Positions 40,051 to 52,420 of a stretch of 64,000 nt of DNA are shown here, one piece after another (within the stretch, counting starts at the first letter, position 1; every line of letters begins with the position of its first letter). The stretch lies in the NCBI RefSeq assembly GCF_004010195.1, contig NC_057719.1, positions 94,469,674-94,533,673 of the forward strand, in the 5' to 3' direction. The notes under the pieces were generated by a model. It did no database searches. It was not told where the DNA came from and saw nothing but the letters and a program-made list of their open reading frames with translations. The stretch comes from Chiloscyllium plagiosum (Eukaryota). Position numbers and translations under genes: made by a program.

Positions 40051-40467
40051 TAGAACATAGAACAATACAGCGCAGAACAGGCCCTTTGGCCCTCGATGTT
40101 GCGCAGACCTGTGAACTGATCTAAGCCCATCCCCTTACACTATCCCATCATCATCCATGTGCTTATCCAATGATTGTTTAAATCTCCCTAATGTGGCTGA
40201 GTTGACTACATTAGCAGGTAGGGCATTCCACGCCCTTACCACACTGAGTAAGGAACCTGCCTCTGACATCTGTCTTAAATCTATCACCCCTCAACTTATA
40301 GTTACGCCCCCTCGTACAAGCTGATGTCATCATCCTAGGAAAAAGACTTTCACTGTCTGCCCTATCTAATCCTCTGATCATCTTGTATGTCTCTATCAAA
40401 TCCCCTCTTAGCCTCCTTCTTTCCAATGAGAACAGACCCAAGTCTCTCAGCCTTTCCTCATAAGACC
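40051..40467 (-). mobile_element. CR1 3' end fused to the tRNA-iMet copy
   Basis: SYEERLRDLGLFSLERRRLRGDLIETYK..., with a (ttctatg)n tail at 40051. Confidence 0.9.
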
Positions 40468-40531
40468 AAAGGCAACGGAAACAACCGAGCACCGTTATTT
40501 GGGAAGGCTGCTAAAGGGGACATTGAGCGGA

Positions 40532-40601
40532 TAGCAGAGGATTGCTTTGATCCATCGACCTCTGGGTTATGGGCCCAGCACACTCCCGCTACGCCACTCT
40601 G
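40532..40601 (-). tRNA. Initiator tRNA-Met (CAT) pseudogene/retrocopy
   Basis: Reverse complement CAGAGTGGCGTAGCGGGAGTGTGCTGGGCCCATAACCCAGAGGTCGATGGATCAAAGCAATCCTCTGCTA matches vertebrate tRNA-iMet with about 6 substitutions in 70 nt. The first two bases are missing, the T-arm is mutated and no CCA is encoded. Confidence 0.9.
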
Positions 40602-41094
40602 TGCATCAAGGAACTCCAGCAAAACTAGAATCAATGGACATCAGGGGGCAAACTCTCCGCCCGTTGAAGTCATACCTGGCACATAGGAAGGCGGTCATGG
40701 TTGTTGGAGGTCAGTCATCTCAGCTTGAGGGCATCTCTGCAGGAGTTCCTGAGGGTAGTGTCCTAAACCAACCATCTTCAGCTGCTTCATTAATTACCTT
40801 CCCTCTATCAGAAATGGGGATATTCATTGATGATTGAACAATGTTCAGCATCATTCACAACTCCTCAGGTATTGAAGCAGTCCATGTTCACACGTAACAA
40901 GATCTGGACAATATCCAGGCTTAGGCTGACAAGTGGCAAGTAAAGTTCGTGTCACACGAGTGGCAGGCAATGGCCAACACCAATAAGAGAAAATCTGAGC
41001 ACTGCCCCATGTCATTCAATGGTGTTACCATCACTGAATCCCCCAATGTCAACATCCTGAGGGGTTACCATTGACCAGAAGCTCATTTGGACTT

Positions 41095-42476
41095 TGTTAT
41101 GGACCAGGACAAACACCTCCCCACCCCCCCCAACTCCCCCCCCAAAAAAAAACATTTTGAGAAGGTAGCCCAGAACACCGTGGGCAGCACAGTGGCACAG
41201 TGGTTAGCACTGCTGCCTCACAGCGCCAGAGACCCGGGTTCCGTTCCCGGGTAAGATTAAGGATGACGAGAACAGAGGAACTTCTCGTCAAAAGAAAGAA
41301 GGCAGCTTACGTAATATGGAGGAAGTAAGGATCTAGCATAGTTTTAGAGGATTACAGGCTAACTTGAAAGGAGCCTCAGGTGACTGACTGTGTGGAGTTT
41401 GCACATTCTCCCCGTGTCTGCATGGGTTTCCTCCGGGTGTTCCGGATTCCTCCCACAGTCCAAACATGTGCAGGTCAGGTGAATTGGCCATGCTAAATTT
41501 ACCGTAGTGTTAGGTGAAGGGGTAAATGTAGGGGAATGGGTCTGCGTGGGTTACGCTTCAGTGGGTCGGTGTGGACTTGTTGGGCCGAAGGGCCTGTTTC
41601 CACACTGTAAGTAATCTAATCTAATATTTGCTTTAAGCAGATGTCAGGTGAATATTCCGGGAGTGTTGGTCAAACCACTCACTTTTAAACAAACCAGAAT
41701 TATTTGCACATGAACAATAGAAAATTGAACTTAGGATAACATAACTATCTGAAAACTCACCCAACATGAAAATGCAATTTAACAAAGAGCTGTTCTGATT
41801 TCCTTCAACATCCCATAAAGACACCCCATGGCAAAAAAGGTAAATTCAAATAAAAGTACTAATAGGAGAGAGATGTCAGAGAGAGAGGATCAGCATGGAG
41901 CTGTTTCTTTGGGTGCGCAGCTAAAACTAACCCAAACCTAGAAAAAACCCTGAACTGGGAAAACTGGCCACACCCCTTTCGGTGTACAGGTGTTATAAAA
42001 AATCCTGAAAGACTTTTCTGATTGTTGACTAAGGCAGCAGCTGTTAGCCATTTTGAAAGTAGCTAGTTCAGACATTTCACCACCTCTGGATTTATGACCC
42101 CTCTGGAAAATAAATCCAAGGACAGAATAACCTTGTTAAAGGACCAGCATCATCACAACAGGGTGGCACAGTGGCTCAGTAGTTAGCACTGCTGCATCAC
42201 TGCACCAGGGTCCCAAGTTCAATTCCAACCTCGGGCGACTGACTGTGTGAAGTTTGCACATTCTCCCCGTGTCTGCGTGGGTTTCCTCCGGGTGCTCCAG
42301 TTTCCTCCCACAGTCCAAAAATGTGCAGGTTAGGTGAATTGGCCGTGCTAAATTGCCATAGTGTTAAGTGAAAGGGTAAATGTAGGAGAATGGGTCTGGG
42401 TGGGTTACTCTTCAGAGGGTCGGTGTGGACTTGTTGGGCCGAATGGCCTGTTTCCACACTGTAGGGAATCTAAACA
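41095..42476. mobile_element. Solo LTR carrying two HE1-like SINEs (41182-41605 and 42161-42472, both +)
   Basis: Termini TGTTATG...ACAACA, 4-bp near-TSD actt/actc, and it interrupts the colinear LINE. Confidence 0.6.
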
Positions 42477-43664
42477 ACTCACCACGTAAGTACAGCAGGG
42501 CAGAGGCTGGGAGTATTGCAGTAAGTAACTCGTCTCCTGACTCCCCAAAGCCAGGATTATGATGGAATACTCCCCACTGCCTGGTGGGCAATGCTCCAAC
42601 AATACTCAAGAACCTTGACATCATCCAGGACAAATCAGCCTGTTTGAGTGGCACCGCATCCACAAGCATGCGCTCTCTACACCACTGACACTCAGTAACA
42701 GCAGTATGTACTATCTACAAGATGCACTGCATAAAGTAATCAAAGATCCTCAGACAGCACTTTCCACCCCTATGACCAATTCTATTTAGAAGGATAAGGG
42801 CAGCCGGTACATGGGAACACCACCACTTGCAAGGTCCTCTCACAGCCACACACCTTCCTGACTTGGAAGTATCACCGTTCCTTCAGTGTTGCTGGGTCAA
42901 AATCCTGGAATTCCTTCCCTAATGACATTGAGGGACGACCTGCAACATAAATTGCACCAGTTCAAGAAGACAGCCCATTACCACCTTCTCAAGGGCAACT
43001 AGGGATAGTCAATAAGTGCTAGCCAGCCAGCAATGCCTATATCCAACAAATGAATATAATGATGTCCCTGCCCATATTAATTGCAATACATCAGTTGCTG
43101 AATTTAAAATTTCTTTGACACCGTTGCCACCTAGAGGTTAACCTTAAATATTAAAGTGGATTAACGATCAGTAGTCATACGTAAGCTATAAAATGTGCAA
43201 AAGTAATTCCGATATCTGATTCTTTGAGGCAAAGTCTAGAAGCTCTTCATCTGGAAAAACTGAAATCAATCCTTACCTTACTGTTAGCCACTAAGTGCTT
43301 CCTTGTAAATTCTTCTTCTGTTGAAACACTTGATCTTTCCTCAAGTTGTATATGCTAGAACTGTTGCTTTCACTGTATAATAATCCCTTGGTAATGCTTG
43401 TTGAGCATGAGCCACCAACACAAATACTTCAGTGAGGGTGGCCTGCCTCAGCTTCCACCTGCGGTGAAATATTCAAACTTTCAGACATCTGTTTCCCAAA
43501 GCAACATTGAAAAGTGTGCTGCTTCAGCAAAACCTGAAGCTATTTAGTTAGGTCTCAAGATAGCACAGCTAGTGGTGGCTGTTTGCTTGATGAGAGTTTC
43601 CATATTTTACAGTTTGTGGATTCCTGAGCCTCTAGAGCTGCATTGTCAGAGCTGTGATCCTTTC

Positions 43665-44717
43665 AATGAGTACCCTTCCACTGACACCCTCCTTCGACTG
43701 ACTGAACTGGTCCTCACCCTGAACAACTTCTCTTTCCAATCCTCCCACTTCCTCCAAACCAAAGGAGTAACCATGGGCACCCGCATGGGCCCCAGCTATG
43801 CCTGCCTCTTCATAGGATATGTGGAACAGTCCATCTTCCGCAGCTACACTGGCACCACCCCCCACCTTTTCCTCCGCTACACCGATGACTGTATCGGCGC
43901 CGCCTCNNNNNNNNNNNNNNNNNNNNNNNNNNNNNNNNNNNNNNNNNNNNNNNNNNNNNNNNNNNNNNNNNNNNNNNNNNNNNNNNNNNNNNNNNNNNNN
44001 NNNNNNNNNNNNNNNNNNNNNNNNNNNNNNNNNNNNNNNNNNNNNNNNNNNNNNNNNNNNNNNNNNNNNNNNNNNNNNNNNNNNNNNNNNNNNNNNNNNN
44101 NNNNNNNNNNNNNNNNNNNNNNNNNNNNNNNNNNNNNNNNNNNNNNNNNNNNNNNNNNNNNNNNNNNNNNNNNNNNNNNNNNNNNNNNNNNNNNNNNNNN
44201 NNNNNNNNNNNNNNNNNNNNNNNNNNNNNNNNNNNNNNNNNNNNNNNNNNNNNNNNNNNNNNNNNNNNNNNNNNNNNNNNNNNNNNNNNNNNNNNNNNNN
44301 NNNNNNNNNNNNNNNNNNNNNNNNNNNNNNNNNNNNNNNNNNNNNNNNNNNNNNNNNNNNNNNNNNNNNNNNNNNNNNNNNNNNNNNNNNNNNNNNNNNN
44401 NNNNNNNNNNNNNNNNNNNNNNNNNNNNNNNNNNNNNNNNNNNNNNNNNNNNNNNNNNNNNNNNNNNNNNNNNNNNNNNNNNNNNNNNNNNNNNNNNNNN
44501 NNNNNNNNNNNNNNNNNNNNNNNNNNNNNNNNNNNNNNNNNNNNNNNNNNNNNNNNNNNNNNNNNNNNNNNNNNNNNNNNNNNNNNACTTTCCTCATTCC
44601 TGAAGAAGGGCTTATGCCCGAAACGTCGATTCTCCTGTTCCTTGGATGCTGCCTGACCTGCTGCGCTTTTCCAGCAACACATTTTCAGCTCTGATCTCCA
44701 GCATCTGCAGACCTCAC
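43665..44717 (+). mobile_element. PLE RT fragment and 3' tail spanning the N gap 43907-44586
   Basis: LRLTELVLTLNNFSF..FLQTKGVTMGTRMGPSYACLF..FLRYTDDCIG. Intact hammerhead motif at about 44596-44632. Confidence 0.85.
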
Positions 44718-46361
44718 TTTCTCCTCTTTCAATGAGATACCCAACCGACACCCAAACCATTTGTTCAAGTGGATGATAAAGGACCCATAACAGCAATTGT
44801 TTAAAAAAAAGGGCAGAGTTGTACTCTGGTGGCTGCCTGACCTGCTGCGCTTTTCCAGCAACACATTTTCAGCTCTGATCTCCAGCATCTGCAGTCCTCA
44901 CTTTCTCCTCTTTCAATGAGATACCCAACCGACACCCAAACCATTTGTTCAAGGATGATAAAGGACCCATAACAACAATTGTTTAAAAAAAAGGGCAGAG
45001 TTGTACTCTGGTGTCAATTCAATGTTCTTTCTTCATCTAACACCACAGAAAACTGATTAATTGAATGGTCATGTGGAAAAGGCCACCAACTGAATTGATG
45101 GGCTGCACTCTCGTTAGAAAGAAATAACTGAAGGTGATTTAATGTGAGAATCCCCAAGCTTCAGGTGAAGGGAAGAAGTTGAGAGACAGAGTCCTTCACG
45201 GGATAACCTCAGCTGCTGTTGGCATAATTCTGCATCACAAGTCAGTTATCCATCCAACTGAGCTAACCAACCCCTGTTGCCTATATAGGACCTTCTTGAA
45301 GCCAAAATCCATAAGTGCTTCATTTTCCTTAGGGTAATTGTTCTTATTAAAGCAGTTAATCATTTGCAAAACATCCAATCCTTCTGAGGCATTTAAATAC
45401 TTTTCATTCTTCTCTTTCTGGATAATTAAATCAGATATTTTGGGAATGGGTGTGCCAAATTTATATGTATTTACATCTAGTGTACAATATTTTGCACAAA
45501 ATAGATAATGGCTGCAAGTGTGTATTCAAATAATAGTTCTATGGTGCCGATACTGCCGGGGTCCCTTACTGAGCACCTGCGGTTTAGTGGGGGAAAGAGT
45601 CATGGTGGTTTTAAAAATGAAGTCCCTGTCAGAATCCAGTTAATTTTAAATGGAAGGTGCACTGTGATTGCAAGCAACATGAAATGCTGGGAGCAGAGAA
45701 TTGCTGAAAGAATTATCAAATGGTGATCCTTTGGTTTACCAATGCAACTTTTAAGGCTCTAGTTTATATTATGGACAAGAGAAGGGATGTTCTTTTTGTC
45801 AAATAGGCCTAGAATGCTTTCTCGGCAATGTTTCTTCGTATTGTTGCTCTTCTGCTAATTTTTGGTACTTTATTGGCAGTAAAGCTTTGTCTCTCAGTCT
45901 AGTGAAGTTATTCAGCATATGAGCACAATCTAGAGAGATGGTCACGAACTTCTGGGTCAAGCTAGCCAAGCAACAAAGGTATTTAATTAAAATTGCTAAT
46001 TCTGCATTATATTTCTGGCAATAGAATGGCTTTCATGGCTTTTTTATTTTTGACTCGTGGGATATGGGTGTCTCTAACTGGCCCAGATTTATTGATGGGG
46101 ATCAAGAACTGTGTTTGAAATGATTATCTCCTTTTGCAAATTTGCTCAGTTGAGACATGATGACCTAATTAGAATAAGGCAGTGCAGAAATGGCACTGGA
46201 TAGTGAATTGTGATTGCTGTCAGAAACAGGAATAGATCCATTGCATGCAGCCACAAAAACAGTGTTTGAATCATTAAGTGGCATTCCTTTTTGTTAAGAA
46301 CGATGTCAGGCTGTCATTGCCTTGCATATCAAATGTTGTACTGAAGGCTAACTCTGTCTCA

Positions 46362-46530
46362 AAGGAGAAAGTGAGGATTGCAGATGCTGGAGACCAGAGT
46401 TGAAAAATGTGGTGCTGGAAAAACACAGCAGGCCAGGCAGCATCCGAGGAGCAGGAGAATCGCATAAGCCCTTCTTCAGGAATGAGGCTGGTGTGCCATG
46501 CGGGCTGAGATAAAGGGTAGGGGGGAGGGT
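46362..46530 (-). mobile_element. Short PLE tail insertion
   Basis: aggagaaagtgagg...aggaatgaggc, flanked by the direct repeat taactctgtctcaaa. Confidence 0.75.
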
Positions 46531-46759
46531 AACTCTGTCTCAAACTTTGGTTTGTATGTGGGGAAAGAGATAACAGGTTTCCTTCCTGTTGTGGAGTCAT
46601 GGTAGATTCCCTTTTTCAATAGTACAAAGAAAACTGCAACCTATTAATGCGACTTGTTGCAGATGAAACAGTCCCATTGCACAAAGGTTAAACTCACAAT
46701 GATCCTGACAGTCACATGCACTTTTATACAAGTGCTCATTTCCAGCATGGATTAGTTGA

Positions 46760-49700
46760 TACTGGAAAATAAGATGATGGCAGATGAATTGAACAGGTAT
46801 GTTGCAGTTTTGTTAACAATCCCAGAAGCAGATATAGGAAATGGAAGAGAGAGAAATTCAGAAAACTTACAATCACCAGGGAAATGATCCTAATAAGTTG
46901 TTCAAGCTGCTGGCTGACAAGTGCCCAGAACCTGATGGATTATGTTTCAGGTTCTTAAAAGAAAAGGCAAGTGAGACTGTGATGCTTTGGTTTGAATTTT
47001 CCAAAACTATCTTGACTGGTGAATTGGAAGATAGTAAATAGAGCTCCTTTATTCAAAAAGGGAGGGAGACAGAAAACAGTTCAGTTTGATTAATATCTAC
47101 CTGAGAAAACTGTCCAAGGCTATTATTATATATTTGATAACAGGGCATTTAAACTCAGGGTGGGTGCTAGGGAATTGAAGAATTGCATTATTGCGGTTCA
47201 TGTTACAATCAGACAAGTCAAATTCCCGAATGAAATCTGACTCAATAGATTTAACATAGTATGATGTTCTTTCACTGAAACCTATATACATTAGGTATGG
47301 TTTTACCTAAAAAACCATAAGTTTTATTACATAAAAGAAAGTGAGATAAAATAAACCAAACTGAGCTATCTATAAATAACAGTTTGAAAAATTTCTAAAC
47401 ACATGACAAAACAAAAATCTACTCCCCAACACAATCACTTTACAGTTTCTCAAAAATCAAAAGAAATTCCTTCCCTATCAAATTGACTTATCTGCATTTT
47501 CTTAGTTCTGGTTCTGGAGAGCTGTGAGGCATTTTCCCTTGACCACTCACGCAACTAAGAACTTCAACTTCTTCAGCATGTTAATAATTTGCAGAATTGC
47601 CGGTCTGGTAATTCCACAAGCTAAGTTCTTTCCCAGGTAACTTGTTCTCCTAACTGTTCTAAACAAGATCCTTTTCCAGGAGAGACTTTACTTGATTCTG
47701 TTCCCATACAATTCATTGTAGAACTACTCCCAAAGCTTTTAAAATAAAAACTTGTTCACTCTTGCTTCTGCTAAGCTAATGTTTTCTCTTTATGGTTGTC
47801 GATGCCACAGAATAACTAAACTTCCATTAACAGTCTGGGAGACACATACTTATTTCAAATCATTGGTCCAGAAAGACTAAGCTAGTTAATTTTTAAACTC
47901 CTTCTCTAAAGTAGACTGACACACATATGCCTTAGTTTAAAATATAAACTCTTAAAAACAATAACATGTATAAATCGCATACCTTTCGACACACAAAAGT
48001 CATGCCCTTGTTCAAAAAAAGGTTGTAAAAGTAAGTCCAGCAATTACAGACCAATTAATTTAATTTCAGTGGTAAGGAAACATCCAGCCATAATCAGTCA
48101 GGGTAGAATTAATAATCACCTGGGAAATTATGATTTAATTTAGCAGAGCAGTCATGGATTTGTTAATGAAAAATATAATAACCTTACTGGAGTTCTTGTA
48201 GAGGTAATAGCCTGGGTAGGTGAGAGTAATGCTATTGTGCACACATGGACAACCAAAGGCATTCAATACTGAGATACTCAATAGATTTCTGAGACAAGTT
48301 ATAGATCATGCAATAAATGGAACAGTAGAAATGTGAGTACAGTTAGCTGAGGGACAGGAAGCAGAGTAAAGGTCAATGGGTATTTTTTGGGCTGAAGAAA
48401 AGTTTGTACTAAAGTTATTCAGGGGTTAGTATTGGGACCCTGACTTTTCTGATATAAATAATGATCTCTTGCTTTGTGTGTGTGTGTGTTGGCGGGGTGG
48501 GGGGGGGGGGGAGGAAGTAAGTGGCAAATGAAGAACTGTGAGATAATACAAAAAACAAGCAAACGAGAATAAGCTAAAGGGTACTCATCTGGAGCGTGAG
48601 TAGGTGCAGACCTCAGCTGGACATTGGGTACATTACTGGATGCCTCATTTTTGAAAGAATGTGAGCATGTGAGAGAGTGCAGAAGAGGTTTACACAAATG
48701 TCTCTAAGGATGAGACACTTCAGATATGAGGATAAATGTCTCTAGAGATGAGACACTTTGATAAAATGGAGAAGGCGGGACTGCAATCTGTGGAAAGAAG
48801 AAAACTAAGATTTAAAAATAATGAAGGGTCCAGACAGAGTAGATGGTGAGAAATTGTTCCTGCGCATAAAAGGATTAAGAATCAGAGGGCACAAATTTTA
48901 TGTTTTGCTAAATGAGTAGATGCCAGTTAGGCATTTTCACACAGCAAATTAGGGCCTGAATTGCATTATTTGTAAATCTGGTACAGGTGGGTTGAATTGA
49001 GTCCTTCATGAGGGCATGAGATTTTTTTTTTACAATAGAAAAAATTTTCAGGGTTATAGGGAAAGGCAGAAGATGTGAACCAAATGAAAATGCTCAGAGA
49101 GCCACTGCAAACTCTAGTCAGAATGGCCTACTCCTGGGCCATACCAATTCTGTGATTCCATGAAGATCAAATAATCAGACAAAATGAACATGGTTTTGTG
49201 GAAGGGAATTCATGTTTAACCAACATATTGGAGTTCTTTGAGATCGTAACATGTACTGTGGATAAAGGGGAACCTGTAGATATACTGTACTCAGATTTCA
49301 AGAAACCTTTCAATAAAGTGCTGATGGAAGTTAATTGCAGAAAATAAGGGCTCGTAGTTTTCGGAGAAGGCATCACATGGTCATGGTTAGATGGTTATGG
49401 GTAGATGGGCAGTTGGTTAACAAGCCGAGAGTAGGTATGAATATGCCTTTTCTCGGTTGGAAGATGTCACTGGGAATCAGTACTGTAACTCAACTGTTTT
49501 CAATTTCCTCAAAACATTGGATGAAGCGATGAAAGATATAGTTGCCAAGTCTGTTGATGACTTAATGATTGGATGGAAAGTAATTTGTGAAGAGAACATA
49601 AGAAGCTACAAAAAGATATAAATAAGTTCTGAGTTGGCAAATAACAAATGGAGCATAATGTGGGAAAATATGAATGTGTCCATTTTGGCAGGGAAAATGA

Positions 49701-49945
49701 AAAAAAAGCATACTATTTAAATGGACAGAGTTTGAAGCTTTTCAGTAGAGAGAGATGTGGGTGTCCTTGTGGATTAATTGAAAAAAAATCTAGTGTGTAG
49801 ATACAGCAAGTAATTGTGAAAGCTCATGAACGTTATCATTTCCCTGTGGGGAATTGAAAACAACATTGGTATATTATGCTTCAGTTATACAGGGCAGCGG
49901 TGAGACCTTATCTGGAGTAACGTGCACAATGTAGGTCTCAGTGTT
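46760..49945 (+). mobile_element. Old CR1 RT remnants, interrupted by an LTR-like segment at about 47200-47990
   Basis: Motifs DKCPEPDG, SNYRPINL and HGFVEGNSCLTNILEFF. Confidence 0.6.
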
Positions 49946-52420
49946 TAACATAGAACATTACAGCACAGCACTGGCCCTTCGGCCCTGGATGTTGCACCAC
50001 CCTGTGAAACCAATTTGAAGCACATCTAACCTATACAATTCCATTCTCGTCCATATGCCTACCCAATGACCATTTAAATGCCTATAAAGTTGGCGAGTCA
50101 ACTACTGTTGCAGGCAGTGCGTTCCATGTCCCTACTGCTTTCTGAGTAAAGAAACTACCTCTGACATCTGTCCTATATCTATCATCCCTTAATTTGAAAC
50201 TATGTCCCCTCATGCTAGCCATCACCATCTGAGGAAAAGGGCTTTCACTGTCCACCCTATCTAACCCTCTGAATATCTTATATATCTCAACTAAGTCACC
50301 TCTCAACCTTCTTCTTTCTAACGAAAACAGCGTCAACTTCCTCAACCTTTCCTTGTAAGACCTTCCCTCCATACCAGGCAACATCCTAGTAAATCTTCTC
50401 TGAACCCTTTCCAATGCTTCCACATCTTCCTATAATGTGGTGACCAGAACTGTACGCAATATTCTAAGTGTGGCCGCACCAGAGTTTTGTACAGCTGCAG
50501 CATGACCTCATGGTTCCGACACTCAATCCCTCTACTGGTAAAAGCTAACTCACCGTATGCCTTCTTAACATCCCTACCAACCTGGGTGGCAATTTTCAGG
50601 GATCTATGTACATGGACACCGCGATCTCTCTGCTCACCTACACTACCAATAATCTTACCATTAGCCCAGTACTCTGCATTCCTGTTACTCCTTCCAAAAT
50701 GAATCACCACACACTCTTCTGCGTTAAATTCTATTGCATCCCAGCTCTGCAGCCTATCTATGTCCCTCTGTAACCTTCAACATCCTTCGGCACTATCCAC
50801 AATTGTACCAACCTTAGTGTCTTCCGCAAATTTACTAACAAATCCTTCTATGCCCTCATCCACGTCATTTATATAAATGACAAACAGCAGTGGCTCCAAA
50901 AACAGATTCTTGTAGTACCTCACTAGTAACTGAACTCCAGGATGAACATTTCCCATCAATCACCACCCTGTGTCTTCTTTCAGTGAGCCCATTTCTGATC
51001 CAAACCACTAAATCACCCTTAATCCCATGCCTCCATTTTTTGTGCAATGGGGACCATGGGGAATCTTATCAAACACCTTTCTGAAATCCACATACGCCAC
51101 ATCAACGGCTTTACCCTCATCCACCTGTTTGGTCACCTTCTCAAAGAACTCAATAAGGTTTGTGAGGCATGACCTACCCTTCACAAAATTGTGTTGACTA
51201 TCCCTAATCAACTTATTCCAAATGAGATGATCATAACTCCTATCTCTTATAACTTTTTCCAACACTTTACCCATAACTGAAGTAATTACCAGAGTTGTCT
51301 GTACTCCCTTTCTTGAACAAGGGGACAACATTTGCTATCCTCCAGTCTTCTGGCACTATTCCTGTAGACAATGACGGCATAAAGATCAAAGCCAAAGGCT
51401 TGGCAATCTCCTCCCTGGCTTCCCAGGGAATCCTAGGAATCCCATCTGGCCCAGGGGACTTACCTGTTTTTACACTTTCCAGAACTGGTAACGCCTCCTC
51501 CTTGTGAACCTCAATCACGTCTAGTCTAGCAGCTTGTATCTCAGTATTCTCCTCGACAACATTGTCTTTTTCTATTGTGAATGCTGATGAAAAGTATACA
51601 TTTAGCACTTCCCCTATCTCCTCTAACTCCAGCACAACCTCCCACTACTGTCCTGGATTGGCCCTAATCTTACTCCAGTCATTCTTTTATCCCTGACCTA
51701 CCTATAGAAAGCTTTAGGGTTTTCCTTGATCTGAACTGCCAGTGACTTATCATGTCCCTCCTGGCTCTTCTTAGCCCTCTTTTTAGGTCTTTCCTGGTTA
51801 ACTTGTAACTCTCAAGCGCCCTAACTGTGTCTTCACATTTCATCCTAACATAAGCCACCTTCTTCCTCTTGACAAGGGATTCGACTTCTTTCATAAACCA
51901 AGGCTCCTGAGCTCGACCACGTCCTCCCTGCCTGACAGGTACGTACTTATCAAGGACATGCAGTAGCTGTTCTTTGAATAAGCTCCACATTTCTATTGTG
52001 CCCATTCCCTGCAGTTTCCTTCCCCATCCTATGCATCCTAAATCTTGTCTAATTGCATTATAATTGCCTTTCCCCCCAGCTGTAGCTCTTGCCGTCCGGT
52101 GTATACATATCCCTTTCCATTGCTAGAGTAAACATAACTGAATTGTGTCACTATCAGCAAATTGCTCACCTATCTCCAAATCTAACACCTGGCAGGGCAC
52201 ATTACATAGTACCATATCCAATGTAGCCTCATCTCTTGTTGGACTGTCTACATACTGTGTCAGGAACCCGACTGCACACATTGGACAAAAACTGACCCAT
52301 CTAAACTACTTGAACTATAGTATTCCAGTCGATATTTGTGTCATTGAAGGTCCCCCATAATAACTACCCCTGTTATTCTTGCTCCTATCCACAATTACCT
52401 TTGCTATCCTTTCCTCTACA

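Larger units (their letters stand above)
38604..43060 (+). mobile_element. tRNA/Deu-like SINE head joined to an internally deleted L2/CR1-group LINE body (38604-39735, 40602-41094, 42477-43060), with nested inserts
   Basis: A/B-box-like tggcctagtgg...gggttcaagtc, then endonuclease DIVILMESYL..ITIPGY...RGGTVVY, RT GVPEGSVL..FIDD, and the tail caataagtgctagccagccag. Confidence 0.65.

Noticed and set aside
43572..44796. Long ORFs of 291-343 aa in the ORF track
   Set aside because: They are artefacts of reading through the N gap at 43907-44586. The only real coding signal is the PLE RT fragment.
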